Assembly (NCBI GenBank): GCA_965215565.1
Contig: CBDCDZ010000004.1
Location: forward strand, 3,168,001 to 3,232,000
Origin: Trueperaceae bacterium
GTDB lineage: Bacteria; Deinococcota; Deinococci; Deinococcales; Trueperaceae
Length of the DNA stretch: 64,000 nucleotides
Direction: 5' to 3'
Shown piece by piece: positions 20,797 to 31,017 of the stretch (within the stretch, counting starts at the first letter, position 1; every line of letters starts with the position of its first letter). A model generated the notes under the pieces. The model saw only the letters and a program-made list of their open reading frames with translations, ran no database searches and was not told where the DNA came from. The translations under genes and the position numbers were made by a program.

Positions 20797-22478
20797 TCTG
20801 TCACCGCCCCCTCCGACGCACTCCCCACCAACTTCGCATACTTCGCCAACACCCCACTCTTATACTTGATCGGCGGCGCTACCCAATTCTTACGGCGCTC
20901 CTCTAACTCGCTATCTTCAACATTGATCTGAATAAGGTTCTGCGCCGCGTCAATCATAATGCTGTCGCCCTCGTGAATGAGCGCAATCGGCCCGCCCACC
21001 TGCGCCTCGGGCGCGACGTGGCCGACGACGAGACCGTACGTCCCACCCGAAAAGCGTCCATCGGTGATGAGCCCGACCGAGTCGCCCAAGCCTTTACCGA
21101 TAATCGCGGACGTGGGCGAGAGCATCTCGCGCATCCCCGGACCGCCTTGCGGACCTTCATAGCGGATAATGAGCACGTCGCCCGCTTTAATGTCGTCACT
21201 CGTAATCGCGTCCATCGCGTCCTCTTCGGACTCGAAGACTCGAGCCGGCCCTGTAATCTTCGTAGACTTGAGCCCGCTAATTTTTGCCACGCACCCCTCC
21301 GGTGCGAGGTTGCCGCGTAAGATAGCGAGGTGTCCTTGAGCGTATTTGGGTTGGTCAAAGGGGAGGATGACATCTTGGTCTGCGGAGGGTTGGTTGGGGA
21401 CCTCTTCCAAATTCTCCGCTACCGTCTTGCCCGTCACCGTCATGCAGTCGCCGTGCAATAAACCTGCCTCTAAGAGCATCTTCATGACCAAAGGAATCCC
21501 GCCGACGCGGTGCAAATCCGTCGCGACGTACTTGCCTGAAGGCTTGAGGTCGGCGAAGTGCGGCACGCGCTCGCGGATGCGCTCGAAGTCGTCTAGTGAG
21601 AGTTCGACGCCCGCCGTATGTGCAATCGCTAAGAGGTGCAAGACGGCGTTGGTGGAGCCGCCGACTGCCATGATGACGCTGATGCCGTTTTCAAAGGCTT
21701 CTTTGGTGAGGATGTCGCGTGGTTTGAGGTCGTTCGCGATGAGGTCTAAGAGGACTTCGCCACTCTTCGCAGCACTGTCCGCTTTCTCTGCGTCCTCCGC
21801 CGCCATCGTCGAGGAGTAGGGAAGGCTCATCCCCATCGCTTCGAAGGCGCTCGACATGGTGTTGGCGGTGTACATGCCGCCGCACGAGCCCTTGCCGGGG
21901 CAGGCCGCACGCTCCACCGCGCAGAAGTCGCCGTACGAGATGCGCCCCGCGTTGTATTCACCCACCGCTTCAAAGGCGCTTACGATAGTGAGGTCTTGTC
22001 CTTTGTAGTGACCGGGCTTGATGGTGCCGCCGTAGACGAAAATTGCAGGAATATTGAGCCGCGCCATCGCGATCATCGCGCCGGGCATGTTCTTGTCGCA
22101 GCCGCCCACGGAGATGAGGCCGTCCATGCTCTGACCTCTACAGACTGTTTCGATGGAGTCGGCAATGACCTCTCTCGAGACCAACGAGCACTTCATCCCC
22201 TCCGTCCCCATCGAGATGCCGTCACTGATGGTGATGGTCCCGAACATCTCCGGCATCCCGCCCGCCGCGCGAATCGCCGCCATCGCCGCCTCGGAGAGTT
22301 CGCCTAACCCAGCGTTACAAGGCGTGATGTTGCTCTGACCGTTCGCGACGGCGACTATTGGCTTGTCGAAGTCCTCGTCCGTAAAGCCCACCGCCCGCAT
22401 CATGGCGCGGTTCGGCGAGCGGTTCGTGCCTTCGGTGATAGCGCGGCTGCGCCGGTTGAGTCTGGTTTTCGTCGTCAT
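20793..22478 (-). CDS. ilvD: Dihydroxy-acid dehydratase
   Basis: [34 protein letters not shown] and TDGRFSG motifs. Confidence 0.97.
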   Translation of the reverse strand: MTTKTRLNRRSRAITEGTNRSPNRAMMRAVGFTDEDFDKPIVAVANGQSNITPCNAGLGELSEAAMAAIRAAGGMPEMFGTITISDGISMGTEGMKCSLVSREVIADSIETVCRGQSMDGLISVGGCDKNMPGAMIAMARLNIPAIFVYGGTIKPGHYKGQDLTIVSAFEAVGEYNAGRISYGDFCAVERAACPGKGSCGGMYTANTMSSAFEAMGMSLPYSSTMAAEDAEKADSAAKSGEVLLDLIANDLKPRDILTKEAFENGISVIMAVGGSTNAVLHLLAIAHTAGVELSLDDFERIRERVPHFADLKPSGKYVATDLHRVGGIPLVMKMLLEAGLLHGDCMTVTGKTVAENLEEVPNQPSADQDVILPFDQPKYAQGHLAILRGNLAPEGCVAKISGLKSTKITGPARVFESEEDAMDAITSDDIKAGDVLIIRYEGPQGGPGMREMLSPTSAIIGKGLGDSVGLITDGRFSGGTYGLVVGHVAPEAQVGGPIALIHEGDSIMIDAAQNLIQINVEDSELEERRKNWVAPPIKYKSGVLAKYAKLVGSASEGAVTD

Positions 22479-22525
22479 GCGTAAACCTCCGAGTAAGGGG
22501 TATTGTACCGTGCGAGAAAGAGCAA

Positions 22526-22590
22526 GTCAGCGTTTCAGCGAGTCAGGTGGTCAGGAAAAACCTGAAATGCTGACAAGCTGAAGCGCTGAC
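22526..22590. repeat. Inverted array of 8-bp units (TCAG-core units facing CTGA-core units) forming a long hairpin
   Basis: gtcagcgt ttcagcga gtcaggtg gtcagg AAAAA cctgaaat gctgacaa gctgaagc gctgac. Confidence 0.7.
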
Positions 22591-22691
22591 ATAGGTTAGA
22601 GCAAAGCTCAAAGCTTACGAAGTTTCCCTCCGGGAACTATGTGCTTCACCTACGCTGAAATGCTTTATCCTGAGACTATGCGTTCAGAAGC

Positions 22692-22748
22692 TTATTTGCA
22701 GAGTTGTTCACGGCGTTATCCACAAGGTTATCCACAGGACTGCTCACA
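22692..22748 (+). promoter_or_regulatory. DnaA-box array with 12-bp period
   Basis: Perfect TTATCCACA at 22716 and 22728. Degenerate boxes in register at 22692, 22704 and 22740. Confidence 0.6.
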
Positions 22749-22892
22749 GTGAAGCAAACACAATCCAACCGCATCGCTGCCGGGCTTTTCTTGCTTGTCG
22801 GCGTCGTTTACGCGCTCCTCAACAGCGTCGCTGTCGGCGCAATTTTCATCGTTATCGGCGGGGTGCTTTTCGCGCTCAGCTTTCGCTCTTAA
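22749..22892 (+). CDS. Small two-TM membrane protein
   Basis: ORF 22704-22892 with two hydrophobic segments. GTG 22749 follows AGGA. Confidence 0.5.
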   Translation: MKQTQSNRIAAGLFLLVGVVYALLNSVAVGAIFIVIGGVLFALSFRS

Positions 22893-22945
22893 CCTAAGTG
22901 GGGAGTTATAAACCTGCTACTACGCTTCACCTAGCAACCTCTTGT

Positions 22946-23057
22946 AGAGCAATTATTACAACTACTGAGCTTGGATCACGCAGATATCATCACCGAATGT
23001 GCGTGCTGAACGATGTTCTACCTTGTGAGATTGGCTCAAACTAGATGATACCTGCTA
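22946..23057 (-). mobile_element. MITE-like element, TAGCAG family
   Basis: Reverse strand reads TAGCAGGTATCATCTAGTT..CAGCACGCACATTC..GATGATATCTGCG..CTCAGT. The right end is degenerate. Confidence 0.7.
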
Positions 23058-23587
23058 TAGAGCATGTAAAGACCGATTTGTAAAGCGACGCTTAGAACGA
23101 ACCACAACTGAAACGCTGACTTGCGAGTTTTGTGCCTGAGAAGGTACTGACCCACGAAGGCGGCGGGCGTGCCCCCGAGCAAGCCGAGCAGGTGTAAAAC
23201 CTTTTCCGGCACACGCAACTGCGCGCGACTCGAGGCGCTCTTGTCGTACACATAGAGTACGAATGTGCCCGCGTTGACGCCGAGCAGATAAGCCCAGGGC
23301 AGCGACAATCCTAAGCCTAACGAAGCGCCTAACCCTACGAGCAAAGCGGTCAGCGCAGCCGTCCGTAAAAATCTCACCGTTGGCAGCCTCTTAGCACGGC
23401 TCAGCCGAACTTTCACAGCGCGGTCTCCTTTGGGCGTTGTTCGGAGCGTGAAATCGACGGATTGACCTACACGCAACACGTGTTGACCCTTCACATCGCC
23501 TATGTGGACGAATACGTCCGCTCGGCCTTTGGGACGAACGAAGCCGAAGCCGCGTTCCGCATCGAATTTTACGACGACACCTTTCAT
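23036..23587 (-). CDS. Cold-shock domain plus DUF1294 membrane protein
   Basis: MKGVVVKFDAERGFGF..DVFVH (CSD RNP motifs) and YDKS..RVPE..GG..RHKT (DUF1294). Confidence 0.9.
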   Translation of the reverse strand: MKGVVVKFDAERGFGFVRPKGRADVFVHIGDVKGQHVLRVGQSVDFTLRTTPKGDRAVKVRLSRAKRLPTVRFLRTAALTALLVGLGASLGLGLSLPWAYLLGVNAGTFVLYVYDKSASSRAQLRVPEKVLHLLGLLGGTPAAFVGQYLLRHKTRKSAFQLWFVLSVALQIGLYMLYSRYHLV

Positions 23588-23588
23588 A

Positions 23589-23699
23589 TAGCAGATATCA
23601 TCTGGTTTAGGACATCCCCACCGTTCGAAGCGCCGTCTAACACGCACGTTCGACGATGATGCCTGCACTCATCTGTCTCAATATGTTCTGGAACTGCTA
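23589..23699 (+). mobile_element. MITE-like element, TAGCAG family (short form)
   Basis: TAGCAGATATCATCTGGTT..CACGCACGTTC..GATGATGCCTGC..GGAACTGCTA. Confidence 0.75.
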
Positions 23700-23901
23700 A
23701 TACCTGAAACCTCATACCTAAAGTCACTGTAACGCGCTGCGCTTTGCCGCGAGAGCTTAACGGAAATGAGGTGTCAGAATTTTGTAAGAGGGTGAGGGCT
23801 ATATTGAGTCTCGAGCAGCGCCGAGCATCGCGCATCACAACGTCTTACTGGCGCTGCTCACTCCTCTCTCCCACCCTCGCCTTATCAGCGAGGGTTAATT
23901 T

Positions 23902-23930
23902 TTGGCGTTGCAAACGGTCTGTTGTATGCT
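23902..23930 (+). promoter_or_regulatory. Sigma70-like promoter of the DUF3800-like gene
   Basis: TTGGCG-N17-TATGCT, 7-10 nt before the in-frame TTG/ATG. Confidence 0.5.
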
Positions 23931-23940
23931 TGGAATCTTG

Positions 23941-25041
23941 ATGACCGACTACGTGGCAGCGTTTGACGATTCTGGTGGAATTGAACCTCTTGTCAAGTGG
24001 GGTGGCGAGTTTGTTCCGGGCGATCATCCTATTACCGTTTTGGCTTTTGCACTCGTCAGGTCAGACCTCTTACCCGCTTTCGATGAGGATTGGCTCGAGC
24101 TTAGACATGACATTAAGATGGCTTTAGGTTCTGAGCAGCTTCCGCCTATTCACCTTAGACTGATGTATGGGCGAACTTTGCCTAAAAAATATCGTGGTCA
24201 GCGCAATCCTTATTTGGATGCAGACTTTCAGCAGGTGCAGGAGTGGCTCGAGCGGGCTTTGAAAATCGCTCGCAAGGTAAGTTTTGAAAGGCGAGGTCTC
24301 GCGCATTACTCAGGCTTTAGAAGCCGTGAAGACTACAAACCAAGTATTAACAGCTATTTTGCCGATCCATACCTTATAGCTGAAATGAAATTTCTCAAGG
24401 AGAACAGCTACGGAGCACGAAAAAACATGGCGCTACGCTACCTTAAAAAGGCGTGGAGGCCGCTTCTCCATCTCTTGGTAGATTATTTACCGTTGTTGAA
24501 CGAAATGATGAGCTACATAGGAAATAAAACAGTTTCGCTCAAGATTGATCCCTTTCCCGACGCTCAAGGCGTAGACGAATTAGAAGTGTTCGACGCGATT
24601 AACCGTGTTAGTCAACTCACCCAGATAACAGAAATTGAGCGTGTCGAGGATGGAGACAACGTGCAGATTGCGCAGCTAGCGGACCTCTTCGCTTTCATAA
24701 GATTTAGAGCCGAGATGGGTAAAAGAGGCGCTATCCAGCCTGATTTGGTTCTCAAAAAAATGTCTGAGCGTAGTAGACCTAAAGATTTCATTACTGCTGA
24801 CCCTCTGCACCTTGTTAGGAGAAGAGTCGGAGACTTTAGGACACTGACTGTTCCCGTTCATTATGCCGTCGCCCGACGTGTCATTGAAGAAGCCGACTCT
24901 GAATTCGCTGATACATATCTCGTTACTGTAGATGAATTCAAAAAGAGAGTTAAAAGTGCCTTAGAGACCTCTCCTACAGGTCTTTCTATTCTGAAAGACC
25001 CAAGCCTATGCAAGCATTTGATTGAAGTGGAAGGCTCCTAA
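23941..25041 (+). CDS. DUF3800-like protein
   Basis: N-terminal FDDSG, an internal IH, and QLADL, matching the DUF3800 DE / QxxD signature. Visibly AT-richer than its neighbours. Confidence 0.65.
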   Translation: MTDYVAAFDDSGGIEPLVKWGGEFVPGDHPITVLAFALVRSDLLPAFDEDWLELRHDIKMALGSEQLPPIHLRLMYGRTLPKKYRGQRNPYLDADFQQVQEWLERALKIARKVSFERRGLAHYSGFRSREDYKPSINSYFADPYLIAEMKFLKENSYGARKNMALRYLKKAWRPLLHLLVDYLPLLNEMMSYIGNKTVSLKIDPFPDAQGVDELEVFDAINRVSQLTQITEIERVEDGDNVQIAQLADLFAFIRFRAEMGKRGAIQPDLVLKKMSERSRPKDFITADPLHLVRRRVGDFRTLTVPVHYAVARRVIEEADSEFADTYLVTVDEFKKRVKSALETSPTGLSILKDPSLCKHLIEVEGS

Positions 25042-25096
25042 ATGGCGAAGACCCCGGATGAACCGGGGCCCCGTTATGAATTTAGATTAAGCCACT
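25041..25096 (-). ncRNA. Candidate DUF3800-associated structured RNA (antisense, convergent)
   Basis: Minus-strand hairpin GGCCCCGG-UUCAU-CCGGGGUC enclosed by AGUGGC/GCCAUU. TTGACA lies upstream at 25107-25112. Confidence 0.4.
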
Positions 25097-25311
25097 ATAC
25101 TCAAATTGTCAAGCAAAACTAAACAGATGAAGTGCTCAGCTAGTTCTCTCAAAAATTTGCTCCTCACGCTAGGTATGGTATCCTTTCTCACAAGCCTAAA
25201 GCGTGGTCACTGCGTTTCGGGTGGTGCATGACGAGGATGTACCAAACGTGACGCCTCTATATCTTCACAAGAGTGACTAAGAGTAGCTAGGTCATGTGAA
25301 AGGATAGGCGA

Positions 25312-26613
25312 TTGATAAGAGTCGAGAATCTTTACAAGGTCTTCGGGGAAGACCCCAAGAGCGTCATCTCGATGCTCGAGCAAGGTCACTCCAAAGATGA
25401 CATCCGCGCCGAAACCGGGCATACGGTGGGCGTCAACGATGTGAGCTTCAGGCTCGAGCCGGGCGAGTTCTTCGTCATTATGGGCTTGTCGGGCAGTGGC
25501 AAGTCCACGCTGCTGCGCTGCATCAACCGACTCATCGAGCCGACTGCGGGCAAAGTTTTCGTGGAGACTGACGAGGGCGAGACGGACGTGACCTCTTTGG
25601 GCGAGAAGGGGCTGCGGCAGTTCCGCAAGGAGCAAGTGAGCATGGTCTTTCAGCGCTTCGGGCTCTTCCCGCACCGCACCGTGCGCGAGAATGCGGCGTA
25701 CGGCTTGGAGGTGCAGGGGCGTCCTAAGAACAAGCGGTTGGAGGCGGCGCAAGAGACTTTGGAGATGGTCGGGCTGGGGCAGTGGGGCGACTCGTACCCG
25801 GATGAGCTTTCCGGTGGGATGCAGCAGCGCGTGGGTTTAGCGCGGGCTCTAGCGACGGACGCGCCCGTCCTCCTCATGGACGAGCCCTTCAGCGCGTTGG
25901 ATCCCCTTATCAAGGTCAATATGCAGCAAGAACTCATCAGCATCGAGAAGAAGCTGCACCGCACCGTTCTTTTCATCACGCACGACTTGGACGAGGCCCT
26001 CAAGCTGGGTCACCGCATCGCCATCATGGAGGGCGGGCGCGTGGTGCAAGTCGGCACGCCCGAAGAGATCATCGTCAACCCGAAAACGGAGTACGTCGCG
26101 GACTTCGTCGAGCACGCGGACCCGACGGGCGTCATCACAGCGGGGACGGTGGCGGTGCCGCTCGCGAGCAAGAAGCTCAGCAAGCAAGAGGACGGCGACG
26201 TGGACTTCTACGCGCATGAAGGCGTCTCGGACGTGCTCTACGGAATAGACCGCGACAACCGCTTGGAGCGCGTGAGGGTGAACGGGCAGAGCGTCCAGAC
26301 GAGGCGTTTAGAAGAGGTCTTGGACGAGGAGCCGCCGAGCGTGCGCAGCCACGAACTAGCGCTCGTGTGCCCGCACGACGCGACGCTCCGCCATATCTTG
26401 CAGGGGCGCAACCACTCGAGCCTCCCCACCGTCGTTTTAGCCGATAACGGCGAAGTCATCGGGCTCGTGAGCGAGCGCGAGCTGATTCAGGGGATTTTGG
26501 ATAAAAGAGGTCATCAGGACCCCGAAGAGGTTCACGCCGCTATAGGTGAGCACGCCGATGCCCACAAAGTCGATGCTCGTAAAGTCTATGTCCACAAAGA
26601 GGTGGCGCGGTAA
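25312..26613 (+). CDS. proV: Glycine betaine/proline ABC transporter ATPase
   Basis: MGLSGSGKST, LSGGMQQRVGLARAL and MDEPFSALDPLI motifs. Confidence 0.92.
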   Translation: MIRVENLYKVFGEDPKSVISMLEQGHSKDDIRAETGHTVGVNDVSFRLEPGEFFVIMGLSGSGKSTLLRCINRLIEPTAGKVFVETDEGETDVTSLGEKGLRQFRKEQVSMVFQRFGLFPHRTVRENAAYGLEVQGRPKNKRLEAAQETLEMVGLGQWGDSYPDELSGGMQQRVGLARALATDAPVLLMDEPFSALDPLIKVNMQQELISIEKKLHRTVLFITHDLDEALKLGHRIAIMEGGRVVQVGTPEEIIVNPKTEYVADFVEHADPTGVITAGTVAVPLASKKLSKQEDGDVDFYAHEGVSDVLYGIDRDNRLERVRVNGQSVQTRRLEEVLDEEPPSVRSHELALVCPHDATLRHILQGRNHSSLPTVVLADNGEVIGLVSERELIQGILDKRGHQDPEEVHAAIGEHADAHKVDARKVYVHKEVAR

Positions 26614-27476
26614 TGGAGATACTCTCGGCTGAGCAGCTATTCAGGTACACCATCCCTTTAGAGGACTGGATCGATACGTTCGTCAACTGGCTCCAGGGCT
26701 ACCGTGACTTCTTCTTAGCGCTGCGCACGCCCGTCGACTTAATGCTGAACGGCATCAACGGCGCGCTGCAGTGGCTCTCCCCGCTGATCGTTATCATTTT
26801 GATTGCGGCGCTCGCCTGGTACGTCGCGACGTGGCGGCTGGGGCTATTTAGCGCCCTCGCGCTCGTTTTTATCGGCTTCATGGGCTTATGGTCCGAAGCG
26901 ATGACGACGCTCGCGATGGTGGTGAGTTCGGTGCTGTTCTGCGTGATCATCGGATTGCCGCTAGGGATTTTGGCGTCCCGGAGTGAACGCTTCGCCGCAC
27001 TCTTGCGCCCTGTGCTGGACGTCGCGCAGACGACGCCTTCGTTCGTCTACCTCATCCCCGTGGTGATGCTCTTCTCCATCGGCACGGTGCCTGGCATCAT
27101 CGCTACGGTCATCTTCGCCGTGCCCCCGATGATTCGCCTCACGAACTTAGGCATCCGCCAGGTGCAAGAGGACGCCCTCGAAGCGGCGGAGGCGTTCGGC
27201 TCGACGCCGAGTCAGATTCTCTGGAAGGTGCAAGTTCCCTTAGCCATGCCGACGATCATGGCGGGCTTAAACCAAACCATCATGCTCTCGCTCTCGATGG
27301 TCGTGATCGCCGCCTTTATCGGCGCGGGCGGCTTAGGTCAGCCTGTGTTCGAGGGGCTTAACGCGCTCCGCGTCGGTTTAGCAGGCATCGGCGGCATCGG
27401 CATCGTCCTCTTAGCGATGGTCCTAGACCGCATCACGCAGGCGCTCGGTGAGCCGACGCGCCAGAAAGTCAACTGA
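26613..27476 (+). CDS. proW: Glycine betaine/proline ABC transporter permease
   Basis: QTTPSFVYLIP, RLTNLGIRQV, EAAEAFG and GLNQTIM motifs. Confidence 0.92.
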   Translation: MEILSAEQLFRYTIPLEDWIDTFVNWLQGYRDFFLALRTPVDLMLNGINGALQWLSPLIVIILIAALAWYVATWRLGLFSALALVFIGFMGLWSEAMTTLAMVVSSVLFCVIIGLPLGILASRSERFAALLRPVLDVAQTTPSFVYLIPVVMLFSIGTVPGIIATVIFAVPPMIRLTNLGIRQVQEDALEAAEAFGSTPSQILWKVQVPLAMPTIMAGLNQTIMLSLSMVVIAAFIGAGGLGQPVFEGLNALRVGLAGIGGIGIVLLAMVLDRITQALGEPTRQKVN

Positions 27477-27598
27477 CTTTAATTAAGGTCTGTTCGTAGG
27501 GGAGGGAACGTTTGGAAGAGGTCAGGCTCGTTATCCTCGAGGGGTAATACCTCATTATTAAGTTGTTCTGTAAGTTTTTAGACCACAAGGAGGTCTTC

Positions 27599-28630
27599 AT
27601 GAAGAAGTTACTTACGATTTTGCTGTCTTGTGTTCTCTTTGCGGGCATCTACGCCCAAGCGCAAGACACCGCTATGCCCGGCGAAGGTACGACGGTCACT
27701 CCGGCGGTTGCCAACTGGGAGTCTGCCCGCCCCATTGCCCAACTGTTCATCACGCTTTTAGAAGATTTGGGCTACGATGTGGAAGACCCAGCCACGCTCG
27801 CCAACCCGATTTTCTACCAGTCCTTAGTTAATGGTGATGTGGACTACTGGGCACACTCTTGGATGCCCAACCAGTCGAACCAGCTCCCTGCGAACTTCGA
27901 GGAGCGAGCGGCGTTCGCGGGCACCGTCGTGGAGCGCGGCGCGCTTCAAGGCTACTTAGTGGATAAAGCCTCAGCGGAGGAGTACGGGATCACCTCTTTA
28001 GCGGACTTTTCGCGCGACGAGGTCAAGCAAGCTTTTGACTCGAATGGTGACGGCAAAGCTGACTTAGTCGGCGCGGAGTCGGGCTGGGCGATTGCGGAGG
28101 CGATTGACTACCAGTTGGAGCAGTACGGCTTGCAAGACCACATCAACGTCCTGGACTCGAGCTACAACGCGATGTTCGCGGACGTTTTGGCGCGCTACAA
28201 CAACGGTCAGCCGGTGCTCTACTACACCTGGACGCCGAACTTCACGGTGTTCGAACTCGAGCCCGGCAACGACGTTCAGTGGATCAACGTCCCCGAGATC
28301 GCCCCGACGCCCGAGCAAGAAGACCTCGTCGATTCGATGACGGTCAGCAACGTCGAGGGTGCGGTCTCTGACCCCTTAAAGATGGGTTTCCCCGCCAACG
28401 ACATCCGCGTCGCGGCGAATCAGACCTTTTTAGACGAGAACCCGGCGGCGGCGGCGCTCTTTAGCCAGGTCAAGATGCCTTTAGAGGACGTCTCTGAAAT
28501 GACCGCCCGCATCAACGAAGGCGAAGACAGCACCGAAGAAGTAGTGGCGATGGTGGACGAGTGGATCAGCAACCATCAAGGAGAAGTGGATGGGTGGTTG
28601 GAGCAAGCGAGAACGGCGGCGCAGCAATAG
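27599..28630 (+). CDS. proX: Glycine betaine ABC substrate-binding protein
   Basis: Signal peptide after an AAGGAGG SD. QGYLVDK, FDSNGDGKADL and YYTWTP motifs. Confidence 0.9.
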   Translation: MKKLLTILLSCVLFAGIYAQAQDTAMPGEGTTVTPAVANWESARPIAQLFITLLEDLGYDVEDPATLANPIFYQSLVNGDVDYWAHSWMPNQSNQLPANFEERAAFAGTVVERGALQGYLVDKASAEEYGITSLADFSRDEVKQAFDSNGDGKADLVGAESGWAIAEAIDYQLEQYGLQDHINVLDSSYNAMFADVLARYNNGQPVLYYTWTPNFTVFELEPGNDVQWINVPEIAPTPEQEDLVDSMTVSNVEGAVSDPLKMGFPANDIRVAANQTFLDENPAAAALFSQVKMPLEDVSEMTARINEGEDSTEEVVAMVDEWISNHQGEVDGWLEQARTAAQQ

Positions 28631-28838
28631 GGGCTCGTACTAGGGGCTCGTACCGCACTCTATCTCGCTCTATTCGAAGAGAAGTAACTGAGGAGAAAGA
28701 GAAAAGGTAAAAGGTGAAAGAACTGTTACGTAGCTTTCGCATAGCAGAAGGACTGAGAGGTTTTACTTTTTTCTCAGTCCTTTTTTTCACCTCTTTAAGT
28801 CCGTCAGAGAAGCAACATCGCATATGTAGACCGGGTGT

Positions 28839-30059
<1,221 letters not shown>

Positions 30060-30071
30060 TAGTCGCGAGCC

Positions 30072-30941
30072 TCAGTAAAAGGTGTAGTTGTTTTTCTCCC
30101 TGTTCTTCACTCTGTACATTGCGTCGTCCGCCCGTTTAAGAAGCGTGTCGATGTCGCGCCCATCGGCAGGGTACAGACTGACGCCGATGCTCGCGCCGAT
30201 ATGCGCGGTGCTCTCCCCTACCGAAAAGGGCGCTATGAGCGTCCCTAAGAGCTTCCGCGCGACCTGTTCAACTTGCTTGGTGGGCATGTCGGGGAAGGCG
30301 AGCACGAATTCGTCACCCGCTAAACGTGCGACGAGGTCTTCTTGGCGCACGCTTCCGCGCAAACGTCCCGCGACGGCTCGTAAGAGCGCGTCGCCAGCGG
30401 CGTGACCTAGCGTGTCGTTCACGCGCTTAAAGCCGTCGAGGTCGACGAACAGGACCGCCACAGACGTATGAGAACCGAGGTACTGCGCTAGGCTAGTTTC
30501 GAACGCGGCGCGGTTGGGGAGTTCAGTCAGCGCGTCGTGGCTGGAAAAGTGGAGAAGCTGCTGATGCTGCGCGTGCAATTTGAGGCGCAAATCGCGCAAA
30601 TATCCTACTGTTGTGCCTATGATGGTTGCTACTACGGTGGGTGGTCCGCCGTCTCTTAAAATCGTAAACAGAAATCCGCTAGGCTCGGGCGCTAAAAGGT
30701 AGAGCGGGTAAGCTGTAACGGCAAATCCGCATAAACCCGCCCAGAAGCCTGCCCAGAGTCCCCAGACTGCGCCTGTGACAATGACAGGCAAAAACATCAG
30801 CGCCCCCGCCGCCGGTCCCGCTACGGCGCTAAGCAGCCAGAAGCCCACCGCGCAGCCCAGCCAAGCGAGCAGCGTGAGCGCGGCGCGGAAGGGGCGACTG
30901 CCGATGCTGGGAAGGTTTGACGTCTTCAAGAAGGAGCGCAT
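30072..30941 (-). CDS. Membrane-bound diguanylate cyclase (AGDEF variant)
   Basis: HDALTELPNR, DLDGFKRVND, RQED I-site and RLAGDEF. Confidence 0.9.
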   Translation of the reverse strand: MRSFLKTSNLPSIGSRPFRAALTLLAWLGCAVGFWLLSAVAGPAAGALMFLPVIVTGAVWGLWAGFWAGLCGFAVTAYPLYLLAPEPSGFLFTILRDGGPPTVVATIIGTTVGYLRDLRLKLHAQHQQLLHFSSHDALTELPNRAAFETSLAQYLGSHTSVAVLFVDLDGFKRVNDTLGHAAGDALLRAVAGRLRGSVRQEDLVARLAGDEFVLAFPDMPTKQVEQVARKLLGTLIAPFSVGESTAHIGASIGVSLYPADGRDIDTLLKRADDAMYRVKNREKNNYTFY

Positions 30942-31017
30942 GGTCTACTGTAACGCTTACAGTCTTACAAAATTCTCAAGGTGCGCCGCACAGTTACGCC
31001 GAGGAACTGTGAATCGC

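Noticed and set aside
22692..22748. Chromosomal oriC
   Set aside because: Only two perfect boxes, no clear AT-rich unwinding element, and no dnaA or dnaN.
23588..23668. N-terminal extension of the cold-shock ORF
   Set aside because: It is read-through from the repeat element. The CSD begins at MKG (23587).
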